Below, in pieces: positions 1 through 12,363 of a stretch of DNA of 64,000 nucleotides. The number at the start of each line of letters is the position of its first letter. Within the stretch, counting starts at the first letter, position 1. The stretch spans positions 558,001 through 622,000 of the forward strand of contig QPGO01000013.1 in NCBI GenBank assembly GCA_008632985.1, in the 5' to 3' direction. Position numbers and translations under genes: made by a program. The notes below the pieces were generated by a model. That model saw nothing but the letters and a program-made list of their open reading frames with translations. It did not search any database and was not told the origin of the DNA. Origin of the DNA: Psammoneis japonica. Taxonomy: Eukaryota.

Positions 1-2845
1 CATGCTGCTCCAAACCTGTGATCTTGGTTGGCTTGTGACGGGAACTTTCAGCACTTGGTTTGCTGTCTGGGACCCCATGCTCTTGGACCTTGCTCATCAT
101 CTCTGACCCTTCTTCCTTGCTCATCTTGGCCCGTGTTGACCTGCAAACTTGGAACAAGTGCTTGAGACAAGGGTCCAATCCCATGTGATGTCCCTCCATT
201 GCCAACTGGACACATGCACAGTGCACCCTCAATCCAATGAGTTTTTTCTCTTTGCAAAACACCATGTCTCCACTGACTGCAGGAGGAAACCAATCATTGA
301 TCAGTTGGTTTTCCAACACCCTGTCATGTTTTTCCAGATGAACTGCATCTGTCATTGTTTGCTCATCCCTGATGTTGAATGGCTCCCACACATGTGGTGG
401 CAGAGAGCACACACAAAATTCTTGGGAATCTGCAAGTCTTGTCTCCTGGCTTGCACCCAATCACTGTGGTGCAAGGCCGATGCTGCCAGGTGTGCAGCTG
501 CTCCACCACTTTCTGTTTGCTGAAACTGAAGATCAAAGCATCTCTGTCCAGGTGTTCATCAAAATGGATGCATCTGTTTCTCACAAATGTTTCCAAAAAA
601 TGCATCTCACCAGTGCTGTTGAAAGTCTTGCCATCTCACAGCAAAATGAAAATTGAATTTTTGATGGCCACAGCATGGCCCACTTTTGTCAAGCTCATGG
701 TGTGAATGGAGTGGCATGAAACTTGCCATGCACTCTCTGTGCAACCACTGCACTGGCTCAGCAGGCCTGTGCTTGTGCGCCAAAGCAAACCTTGGATCAC
801 CCATGTCACTGTGCATCTCTGTGCATGCATTGTCATCCACAATCACCTGTTGCAAAGTGTTTGTTGTGTGATGCCACATGCATTTCTTCACTTTGTCCAT
901 TTTCAAAAGATTTTTGTGTCAAGACAAGAAAAAAAACATGGTGAACAAGGCTTTCTGATTGTGCCAGGTTTTCCAGCTCAGGCAATTGCAGGCATTGGGA
1001 ACAGCACCCTGGCAACTCTGCCACAGTTTGTTTTTTGATGTTGTTCATCACTCTCCAGTGACAACTTGGCATTGTTGTTCTCTGTTGTGTTTCTTTTGCA
1101 GTCCAGCTGCATTTTGCAATTGTGGTTTTGTTGCCAGAGGGGCAGCAGTCATGATTTTTGCCAAACTCAAAATTTTGGTGGGGGGGCAGCAGCCACACCA
1201 TTTGCTTGTTTGAAAAATGTGGTGTCTCAATTTTCATGATTGAGGTGCGTTGTTTGTGTGTTCTGCATTTTGTGCAATGAATGACATTGAACATTCAAAA
1301 CTGTGCTTTTTTGTGTCAAATGTTGCTCAAATGGTGCATGAAATTTTGATCATCATTCTTCATTGTGTCATTTAATTTCCATTGAATTTGTGGTTGAATG
1401 AAATGCACTGTTGCCAAAATTGGTGACCCACAATTTGTCATCACCCTTGGTGACAAAAGGAGAAACAACATCATCAAATGGTTTGGAAACAAATTCTTTG
1501 TTGTCCAGGTGTGCTGGCACTCTGAAACATCATTGGCAGCTGGCCAAATGGCAGTGTCATGAGAAAGATGTGGCTCTCACACTTGTGCCACTGCACGATT
1601 GGATCTCAGTGGCCAGGGATTGTGTTGCAAGTCCACAAGACAAATGTGGCATTGGAGTGAGATCCCGTTGCAACCATTTCAACAGGAGGAGGGGCAAAGG
1701 TGGCTGGAAGAGGCAATGGCATCACCTGATTCTTTGGATTCTCTTGTTTGCAGCTGTTTGCCATGAGCATCTGTCAACTCATTGCCTGAAACACCACAAA
1801 TGCATTGAGAAAAGGAGAGTTTGCAGAGCAAACAAGCTCTGAGGTGATGTTAAAGACCAATTGGGAGGAAACATTTGCCGCAAATGGGGCAATCATTTCC
1901 TGCGGCAAAGGAAGGCATCATTGTTCATGCTGCAAACAGAGTGAGATGGAGATGTGTGGGAAGCAAAAATGAACAAAATGTGAGCCATGTGGCAAAAGCA
2001 ACACATGGCAGGTGACAAGATTGTTTTGGATGCAAGATCATTCCATGAATTAACACGCAAGATTGGTTGTCTTCACGCTGGTCTGCCGGGCTTGCACCAA
2101 GCAATTGGCAATTTAAGGCAAATCTGACTGGTCACAATGATGGAAACTTTGTCATGCTGGTGTGCATCTTAGATTTGTGCATGACCAGATGCTTGTTGCA
2201 TTTGTGATGGTTGCTTTGTTGTTTGATGCACATGGCACCCGCACAGCTGTGCTTTGTGCAACACATTGCTGCACTCTCAATGACAGACATTTTGTCATGC
2301 CAGAGTGCTCATCTTGGATTTGCATGACCAGATGCCATGAGCAACCACTTCCTGTTCTGAAACCAGAGCAGCTGAGAACATGCTTGTGTGATGGGCAGGT
2401 GCAGTTCTTTGAGGGGCAGCCAATTTCTTGTTTGCACTGAACAAAACACAGAGGAGCCACAAAAGATGCAGGAGGTCACACCCAGATGGCAAAATGGGCT
2501 TGAGTCAACATTGTGGCAAACAGAGCTGCTGGGCCATTGGCAGGGGCAAAAAAAGGAACAGGCAACATCTTTCAAACACCTGTGCTGGTCTCAAATTCTG
2601 CACTGACAACAGGAATCAAAGGCCTTTCACTCTGTTGCTGCCACAAAAAATGAGTGCTGGACCCACCCTCACTTGTTTGTGGTGGGGCAATGTGTTTCAA
2701 CTGACAGCCTTGCAGTCCGGCAGCTGGCCTCTGTGATGGTGGAGCAGTCACTTGCAGCAGAGAGAGAGGGATTGAATGGTTCATTCCAGAGAGCAGTTGA
2801 CGCCACCACCTGAATGAAAGAGATTGATGCAATCGCTTGTGATTT
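1..2845. other. TpA- and CpG-depleted, CA/TG-rich block (heavily mutated repeat-like DNA, family unidentified; runs off the window start)
   Basis: By-eye scan finds only 5 TpA in about 2.85 kb (1373, 1851, 2051, 2114 TTAA; 2170 TTAG) and few CpG. ORFs are Cys/His-rich and essentially lack Tyr. Confidence 0.85.
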
Positions 2846-3188
2846 GTAAACCAAGCGAGTTTGGATCCACAATGAGTTCCTTTGCAAGGAGTCAAATCAG
2901 GTGAATTCAATCGTCTTCCCGGCATCCTCCTCTCGCTAGAGAGAGTAGCTACTCTACTCTAGCAGTGTCTCCTTACAAAGTCCTGCAGTGCCAGGCTAGG
3001 AAAGGCGGTATATCAGTTTGAATCGATGTGGACTGCACAATAGTAGCAACATTAAAGCGACAGGTAAATGGTAATAATTAACATGAACTGCAAGTAAATG
3101 TATTGTGCATACATCACACCAATAATTAACTTCTCTCAAAGCCGGGCGCACAAGCTCTTTTCGTATCGACAGCGACCCGGCCTTCTGC

Positions 3189-6100
3189 CTAAGAAACCTC
3201 GCCGGTCGCAGACACACCCGTGACAACATCCTCAGCCTCGACACTGTCGGCTTCGTCCATTGCATCACTGAAAGCCTCAACTGGTTCATCTTCCATGCTT
3301 TGAGCACGTTCTAAACCTTCCTCAACTGCCGCTTCTTGATCCTTTTCTAGGCGGGCAGCCTCATCTAGACGATCCTCGACATCATAAAAGGCCACGCGCA
3401 ACGTGATGATCGTCATGGCACAAATAGCCATCCCCAACAGGAAACCAAATATTTCAGACATAGAGTCAAATCCATTAATGCAAGTGGCTGTCGAGCAACC
3501 AGCAACAACGAACGAACGGATGAGATGTGATGAAAAATAGTACGAGAATAGCCATCGAAGTACGTACTGCTATAGGCAATTCCAGTGTATATTGGGTTGA
3601 TTTTGTCGCAATTCATTGCCCGTGCAAGTTCGTACAAGCCGTCAACATACGCATTGTATTCTTCTTCAAGAAGATCTAAGGTTGAAAACACGTAATCTGT
3701 GTTGTTGCAGTCCACAAGCTCACGGTCAACATTTCTCAGGTCAACAATAAGGTCGTGAATCCCAATGATGACGGTTTCTATAGCTTTGAAAGCATCGAAC
3801 AGAATCTCAGGCTTGATATCTTTGTCACAACCCTGTGTCGACACAGTATCAAAAGGGGAAACTCGAATTGAGATGACAAGGTTCTGGCAGGACAAAGAAT
3901 GAGACTCTTGATTCGTACTTACGCGAACGTAATAGTTAATAAACTCGTCAAACGGCGGCTCCATATCTTCAATAATTCTAAGAACTTGGTTGTCCGGAGT
4001 GTCATAACAGAAATCAGCCGCGAGCGTTGCTCCAGTCGTTGCGATCGCTGACATTAAGTAAGCAATAAAGATGACAAAAATATACAACGGAATCGCAATT
4101 TTGCTGGCGCAGTCGTTGAATAATCTTGGAGTCTGCCTCTTCCAAGCTAAATACACACCAAACATAAAGATGATCGTCATTACATCGACCAGACAAACAA
4201 AGGCAATGGCAATAGGGAACAAAACTGAAGTGCTGATATCGTCCACCGTCTCTTCGACGCTCAAAATATCTTCATTCAGATTTGCCAGTGATCTGTTCAT
4301 TCTTATCGCTTCTGGCAAAAAGAAAACACTATCGTCGAGTGTGCGATTAATGTCAATCAAGTAACCGGTTCCATTTCCTTTGAACGCGTCGGTAATGTTG
4401 AGACCTGTCACATTGCTTAGGGCATCACCCGTATTGTTGCAATTGTCGACAAGAGCATTGATGAAAAGGATTCTTGCTTCTGTAGTCTGGTTCGATTGGA
4501 TAATAAAATCATGACAAGCCTTGTTGGCTGTTCCGATGAGGCTGCGGAGTTCCTAAACAAGGCAACAAAGTGTAAGAAAAGGGCGATGTGAGATTCATCG
4601 TCGATTCGTGGTGTGCATGCGCCAACACAAGTCACGCCTTACCGGCAAGCTTTGATCGGTTGACTCCAAAGTGTCGTAAATACCCTTGAATCCTAAACCA
4701 ATGAGCAGTCCAGAAAGGACGAGAAGAATAAAGCCAGCAACCAACACCGTAATGCGGATGCGTTTAAGCCTTGTTTCCACGCCAGGATTGCAGTTGCACT
4801 GCAATCGCTTGTACCACGGCTTGGTCTCTTCTTGTGCTTGAGGAAGATCATCAACGTCGTTTTCGGCAAGGTCTCCCGACTTGGATACATCAGCGGGAGA
4901 GTCGGTGTTCTTCGGGATATCTCCGGCAAACCAGATTAGTCTCTTTGATAACTTGAAGTAGAGTAGAAGACAAGCCCTATCGAGAACAACAAACCAAATC
5001 AACAACTGAGCACGAAGAAATCTCAGACACAACAATACGGCCAGACCAAAAAGAGAACCTACCAAACGAGCCAAAAGATCGCCATAACGACAAAGGAAGC
5101 CAAGAGACCAACGAGGTAGTCATTCTGTTTGTCTTCATCCCCAGAAGCAATGAGGTCAAACAAATCGTTGGTCTTTCCAAAACGGATGCCATTGTGGTTC
5201 CTTCGGATGGCTACCGAGTCAGAGAACGTCCTGGGCTTGAAATCAGGTGGAGGATCGGGGAATAGAATGCTTTCACCAGCAATGATGCTGTTGTGGACGC
5301 CCGTGTCTAAAATGACAACGTCATCGGGAAAGTCTGCAGCGGATATATTCATGGTCGGATCCAGAGCTAGAAAGATCCGTTTCCCCTGGTCGCACACATG
5401 ATCAACCTCAAACATGTTTACTGGAAGTTTCCATCTACCTTCTGTCAAGTTTCCAAACAAGTAGTAGTTGAGTCTTGAATGGAGAATATCAGTAAGAATG
5501 GAGGATCCCTGGGCTCCGCCGAGCGTCACGGATCCCTCCGCAATCTGCCAGAGGGCCTGCATCTGCCAAAAGCTGCCGTCTTCGGGAGGACCACCCCTAT
5601 GCACATCGTCCAAGTACTTGAAGATACGGTTCATGGCGTAGTTCGGGTTTGTCTGATTAGACCAGCAAGAGTACTTTCGGCTCACGCCGACCGACTCGAA
5701 TTCGTAGCCCGAACAGGAGTTTGTAGGGTCGTAGTTTGCAACCCAGCATTTTCCCCACACAGCCATAACAGCACCACCTCTAGGGAGTGCGGCTTTTTCC
5801 TTAGCCATATCGAGCGTCATGCCTTTGAGAGGCTTCGTGGTGTTGCACACTTCATCGTCAAAGTAGAAAATGCTTAGCTCCTCCAGCGCCTTCTTGGCTT
5901 CAGCGTCACACTGCTCCTTGAGTTCTTCAGTATCACCAGAGCACTTGCTAACTTCAGCAATCAATATCTCATCTGGGTTCTGGGCAGCCCAGTCAACCAT
6001 TTCCTTCATAGAGTCCTTGAAGAGGTAAGGAGCAATCACGCCTCCGTGATGCATCTGCAGACCGTCAGACTCTGTCAAGTACGGGCGCATATCGAATGCA

Positions 6101-6348
6101 CGAGCTCCGCATTCGATCTGTTCGGTGACGGTTCCAATCTGTGTCTTGGCCCAGGCAATTATCAGATTGTCGGGATCATCTTGGTTCGCATAGATATGGT
6201 CGTCACCGAGATATCCCATGGCTGTATCGTGTGTCATGATGAAGGGGACAGCATTGAGAGGAGTGTCGCCGGGGACAGGCTGTCCTGAGACTACCATACT
6301 GCCTCCTGAGAGCATCGACAATGCTAGGAGGCTTACTAGCGTTGTCAT
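3189..6348 (-). CDS. Multi-exon protein: signal peptide + PI-PLC X-domain-like phosphodiesterase fused to a multi-pass (tweety-like) membrane region
   Basis: FIMTHD...WAKTQ...EQIECGARAFDMRP...HHG motifs. GT-AG introns at 5062-4977 and 4642-4553 join ORF 5059..6348 in frame to 4595..5074 and 3413..4411. Later exons are approximate. Confidence 0.7.
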
Positions 6349-7097
6349 GGCTGAGATTTACACTTGTACTTGTTCACTTCTTTTCTTGTTGTCGCAATGT
6401 ACCATGTACCTGTAAATGCCGTCTGCTCAATTCTTTTTTTGATACACGATTGATCGCGCGGCAAGTTGACAACAGTACGGCAGGGCGACTACTGTTGCCT
6501 ACGTAGAACGTATTGTACTGTACAGTTTGTACTGGTGCATACGAGGCTGATGAGAACCTTGATGAGAACTCTACGTAACGCTGGATCTTTTTAGCGGTCG
6601 ATTTTATTTAGAGCTCGTAAATGTTTAAAAATAACCCGGATTCTTCGTACTAATGATGCGCGCGTACACCAGGTATGAAGGTTCGGGATCTCTCTAGAAT
6701 AACGACCGTAGACATGTCTGCAGCCAGTCAAACGCCAATTGTCGGCCTTTCCTGGAAAGTTGCGGCTTGTCTGCCACAAACAGTCCAATTTTGGCGAAAA
6801 CCAGCGGTTTGTCGAACATGACAACCGCGCCCAATGTGACAATTGGCGTTTGAAGGTTGACAAGTGCAGTTCACACAAAGGTCTGACAGCCCTGATGGGG
6901 GGCAGACACACACACAAGTGTTTGGAGGTGCTCAAATGCATCGCAAAATGACACGGGCGAAGTGCGAGCAAATTGTGGAATCACGAGCTGTTTGAAAAAA
7001 TGCCGCCAAACATCGATCCAGCCTCAAACATCAAATTTGACAGTCAAAATTTCAAATTCAACGGATGTTTGACCTTCATTGATGGACTTGACACAGC

Positions 7098-10000
7098 ATG
7101 GAGCGAAGTGATGTCACCTCGCGAACACCGTTGGCCATGTTGGACGACGCCAACAATGGCGACAATGGCGGTTCCAAATTGACGCCCATGAAACCCCCTG
7201 CCAAAAGAGCAAGAGTGGAGACTCGAGACCTCGCCTTTCTTGCGAGTGAGGAAGTGCAAGCAAAGAGATTGAGCGAGAAGACGTGCTGCAATTGCACCTT
7301 GGGGTCAACTTGCCAAACACATGCTTGTTCATGCTGCAAATGTGACCAACCATGTGCCAACTGTGTTTGCTTCCACAAATGCAAGAACAAGGAAGGACTC
7401 CCAACTTGTGGTGCAAGCGACAGGAACTCGGGTGAGAAGTCACGGAAACTTCCAACCTCCCCGGAAACCAGTCCACTTCAACCGAAAATTTGTCAACTCA
7501 TCAACGGCACCCCTGATGCTGCCAACAAACAAAACAAAAACAAGGCCAACACCAAAGCCAACAAAGAAAACATCGCACCCAATGATCAGAGGTGGACACT
7601 GACGAGGGCAAAACCGACGAGGAGGTCACTGCCACCACAAGGGACAGTGAGCGGTTGGAGGACAGATCGGGCTTGGAGGGAGCTGTCATTCCATCAATTG
7701 ATGACACCAATGCTGCACCCAATGACTTCAATTCAGAGAGGCAGAATGGATCATCTGCAAGTCATGTGGCAAAACATGTTGTCTGAGCAACGGCACTGAA
7801 CTGGATGGTGGAACATTGGACGACAAAACGTGGCAAGAGCACTGGCACCGGCTGATGCCCCACCCATCACAACGATGCAACGCACCAAATGGATCAGTTG
7901 GCAAATGATTCGTGACAATGTTGGCAGAGCTGCTTGATGGTGTCATGAGACGGAAGTGGAACTCGGAGAGGTTCATGGCATGTCAAACAGTCATTTCACA
8001 GTGAGACCGCAACGCAAAAGGAGCGAAAGAAATCAGAACCCTGCTCAGCATGCGCATGGACAATTGGGATGCGGGAAAGCACAAAATGCTGGTCCAGTCA
8101 ATGGAACGGCTGCTTGAAGCAAACCCAAAGACCAAACAGAGGGAGGAGACACCTGAGCAATGCGCCAAGACAATCAACAGAATGGCACTCCAAGGGAACC
8201 TGTGAGGAGTGGTTGGGTGCATTTCAGAACGTGAAAAAGGTGGAATTCTCTCACCAGATGATGTCGATGAAAAGACCAACAACACAGTGTTCAAGGTGCT
8301 TCAGAAGAAACATCCAGATTCAAGAATTCCGGACGAAGACCACTTTCACAAATTTGACGAAACACTGGAGCTTCAGGATGTCATTGTCACCGACGGTGCG
8401 ATCAAGACCGTCATTCGCAGACTGTCCGGAAGTGCAGGACTTGGCGGATCCGATGCCAACGCAGTGTCAGAATGGCTTCTCCGCCACACAAAAGCCAGTG
8501 GATTTCTTGGAGAAGCGTTGTGCATGTTCGCGAACTGACCAGCAAACAAATCGCCCCCATGGGCTGCCTGCCGTGCAATCATGGCGTGAAACGACTCATC
8601 ACGCTAGATGAAAACCTGGGCACATGCCCGGTCGGTGTGGGAGAGGTGTGGCAATGCGCCACCGCCAAAGCCATTCTCCTTGTTGCCAGAGCAGAGGCCA
8701 AAGAGGCTTGTGGGACAGACCAGCCATGCGCTGGACTGGAAGCAGGCATCGAAGGTGCCATCCATGTGATGAACATGCTCTGGGAACAAAACAAATTCGA
8801 AGACGACTGCGGATTTCTTTTCGTTGATGCCTCCAATGGGTTCAACAAAGAGAACAGGATTCCAATGTTGTGCAACACAAGGCACCTCTGGCCATCCGGT
8901 GCAAGGTTCACCTTCAACAGCCACAAGCATTGGAGCATCTTGGTCATCCGTGGTGACTTTGGAACTGCCTTCATCCTGCTCAGCAAAGAAGGTGTCACGC
9001 AGGGCAACCCACTTGACATGGCAGCATGTGGACTGGGCCTTCTTCCACCAGCCCGGGAGATGAATGACCGTTTCAAAGATGCGTTCACCCCTTGGTGTGC
9101 CAACGACTCTGCAGCAGCCGGGAACTTCGACATCCTCTGGGATTTTTTCTTGACGCTCCGAGCCAAAGGCCCCAAGCATGGATGCCACCCCACCGACAAC
9201 TCCAAAAACGTCCCAGTGGTGCCAGAACGCAACCTGGAAAATGCTGGAGCATGCTTTGGAGACCTCGGCTTCACTGTCAAATCTGGCAGCCGTTGCCTCG
9301 GAGGCTTTGTTGGAGAGACGGATGCACGTGACCGGTGGCCAACGGAAAAAGCCAAGTTGTGGACCTCGGTCGTCCAAGGACTTGCCAAAATCGTGATTAC
9401 CACCCCCAGACCACCTGTGCCAGTCTGCAGAAGTCCCTGCAACACCAGTGGCAACATGTCCAGCGTGCAGCAAAGGACTGTGGCAGTTCATTTGTGGAGG
9501 TGGAACACGCGACACAGTGCAACTTCCTGCCAGCGCTAATTGGCGAGACCTTGGCAGATGATGACCCAAGACCAGCCCCATCTGCCCCACCAATCAAATT
9601 CTCGGGACTGTCCATCCCTCATCCAATGGAGTCTGCAGCTCAAAACTTTCAAGCAAGTGCCTTCACGTGCTCCCACGTGATCGACTCACTGCGCGGCCGC
9701 TCTCAATTCTCCTCCGCAGTCCACAAGGACACCATGCGTGAAGTGAGACAGGCAGCAGCTGAACGGAAAGCCAAGGTGCACGAGGAGACCCTCAAATCAA
9801 TCCTCAGGACTCTGCCCGACCTCAAAGCCAGAGCTGTCAAGCGCAGCACCAAGACAGGCACATGTTTGTCAGCGCACCCTTCAACACTGAACGGCGCCAA
9901 ACTCTCATGCCAAGAGTTCCGGGATGTGCTCTTCTTTCGGCATGGCAGCACTCCATCGGATCTCCCAGAGCACTGTGATGGATGCAGATGCGAGTTCTCC

Positions 10001-10657
10001 ATGAACCACGCCCTTCAGTGCAAGAAGGGCAGCCTGGTCATCTCATGACATGATGAAGTCAAGGACAACCCAGGTGATCTAATCGGCAAGGCCTACAAAC
10101 CTTCCCACGTGCACAACGAACCTCTCATCAACCCCATTGGTTGCATCTTGGGAAGTCCAAGCACTGCCAACAGCTCCCCAGGCAACACTGACTCCAACAA
10201 GTCCAAAGATGGCGATCGTGGAGACCTTTTCGGCATGAGATTTTGGGATGGAAAGACAGACATGGTGACGGATGTTCGAATCCCTGACACGGATGCGAAG
10301 TCACACCTGTCCAAAACACCAGAAGAAGTCCTGGCACAACACGAACGTGAAAAAAAGTGCAAGCACCTCAAGCCCTGTCTTGAACAATGCCGTCATTTCA
10401 CCCCTTTTGCAGTGTCGTGCGACGGGCCACTTGGCAAAGAAGCCAAAGCGATGCTCCGCAAGATCGCGTCGAGACTGTCGGACAAATGGCAAAAGCCACA
10501 TTCGGAAGCATGCGGCTGCGTCAATGTGAGAATGAGCATCACCACAGTCCGAGCGACTCACCATTGCCTCAGGGGATCACACATTCCCACATCACAGACA
10601 AGCTCCAGGTGACCCCAGTGGGAAGATGGTGCAGGTCTGTCTCTCTGCAGACACTGA
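7098..10657 (+). mobile_element. Inactivated non-LTR retrotransposon, single ORF with RT + C-terminal restriction-like endonuclease (CRE-like)
   Basis: RT motifs: PVGVGEVW, AGIEGAIH, FVDASNGFN, EGVTQGNPL, WCAND (=WYADD), GSRCLGGFVG (=YLG). RLE region: CDGC...HALQCKKG, RGDL, DVRIPDTDAKS, FTPFAVSCDG, CLRGS. Broken by frameshifts and TGA stops. 3' UTR extends to about 10930. Confidence 0.9.
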
Positions 10658-10965
10658 AAAGGCCCACTCCGGACGGAATGCCCTCACCCAGACAAGATGC
10701 TGACCCACTGCCAAACAACACTGCAGATGCTCTAGCGACAAGATGATGACAACACCCTGACACACCAACTCCGGCACCAGAATGTTTTCAAAATTTAACA
10801 CGCACAGCAATCGAAACTTGGGCGTGACAACCACCCCCCACTCGCACGACTGCATTAACTGCACAATGCCCATTTTATCACTGCAGTTTGTTGGACATTT
10901 TAAATGACCACACATGACCATTTTTTAGATCTCCGGTTGTGTTTCATGTCAAGCAATGAATGCGG

Positions 10966-11510
10966 ACCAGAGAAAAGCGCAAGTGCCTCAAGCCCTGCCT
11001 TGAGCAACGTCACCAATTTGCTCCCTTTGTCACATCATTCGATGGACTGTTTGGCAAGGAAGCCAAGGCAGTGCTGTGCAGAATCTCTGCCAAACTGGCT
11101 GAGAAATGGCAAAAGCCATGTTCAGAGGTGTGCGGCCATGTCAATGCAAGAATGAGTGTCGCTGTGGTGTGGGCAACTCACCGTTGCCTCAGGGGATCAT
11201 GCATCCCTTTGTCCCCCAGATCAGCTCCAGATGTCCCCAATGGAAGGTTGGTGCTGGTCCATCCCTGTGCAAGCACTGGATGACCCCACATGGGCCAGAC
11301 CACTCATGCGGAAAGTGCACCAACCTGCTGCTCACAGAGACCATCAACATCATGCCAAGAAGACAACAAAAACCTGGCAACATGCTGGTTGCGGCACCAG
11401 AATCCATTCAAATCTCACGCGCACAGCTCACAAAAAACTGCGCCGACAACCGCCCCTTGCTTGCATGACTGCATTGACTGTGCAATGTCCACTTTTTCAT
11501 GTCAAACAAT
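10966..11510 (+). mobile_element. Second, 5'-truncated, diverged copy of the same retrotransposon family (RLE C-terminus + 3' UTR)
   Basis: REKRKCLKPCLEQRHQFAPFVTSFDGLFGKEAK...CLRGS aligns to 10346-10657 at an offset of about 620. 3' UTR segment 11453-11490 matches 10837-10872. Confidence 0.85.
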
Positions 11511-12327
11511 TCACACTCTGTCCATCCACACAACTGTTGAAGCATCTTCTGTGTGACCCAGAAAGAAGATCCCCAACCCGAACTTGCGAGCCTGCTGCAT
11601 GACCAAAACCCCCCTTCAGCAAAAAAAATGAACTTGCGCAGCTTGAAACTGGCTGCTGACCAAACAAATTAGCACCTCATGGACTGACCTGTTGACAGAG
11701 GCAAAAAGCCATTGTTCTCAATGCACTGTGTTGTTGGGAAGCCCTCATGTGTGGAGCACCTTTGCCCCATCAAAATTGCCGTCAAGGTCTTCGGGGGGGG
11801 GGGTTCCTCCCGCAGAAAGCATGCATTCAGGGGGGTTCACTGCACAGAATCAGTGCCAAGACTCTGTGGCACCAGTGAACCATGATGTGGCTCGGGAGGA
11901 TGTGTGCACAGAAATGCACACAGAGCTTGGCTGGGTCAGAAGGCAAAATGCCAACTTTGTTCTGCAGATGCAGCAGTGAGGGGCACTTTAAAAATCAAAT
12001 GAGCTGCCAAAATAAAGCACGCCTCTGTGCCAATGGATGTGACATTGCCGCAGATGTCTTGTTGTCTTTTGCATTTTTGCCGATGGTCTGCAGGGCAGTT
12101 TTTGTTGCACCATGAAGGCAAGGAACCACTTGATGGCTTGGGGCACCAACTGCACACAATGTGCATGATTTCACACAGCGAACCACTGCATGGTTCATGG
12201 TGGGAGTGGGGCCAGCCAGCAACTGTTTTGCATTGTGTGCAGACAGCATGCACCAGCAATGTGGGGTGCCACATGAGGATGTTGATGAGAACACGCCATG
12301 GATCTTTTGGTTCTCACTTTCACAATG

Positions 12328-12363
12328 CCCCCCCCCNNNNNNNNNCCCCCCCCCCCCCCCCCC
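12328..12363. repeat. Poly-C run containing a 9-N assembly gap (12337-12345)
   Basis: Directly visible. Confidence 0.95.

Noticed and set aside
7098..10657. Alternative genetic code, selenocysteine or TGA readthrough in the retroelement
   Set aside because: TGA stops fall mostly at expected Arg (CGA) or Trp positions, alongside frameshifts and a dead RT motif. Host genes use the standard code.
7098..11510. ADAR-type RNA editing of the retrotransposon transcript as the cause of A->G
   Set aside because: Both TA->TG and TA->CA occur within each copy, and the loss extends well outside the element. Disfavoured rather than excluded.
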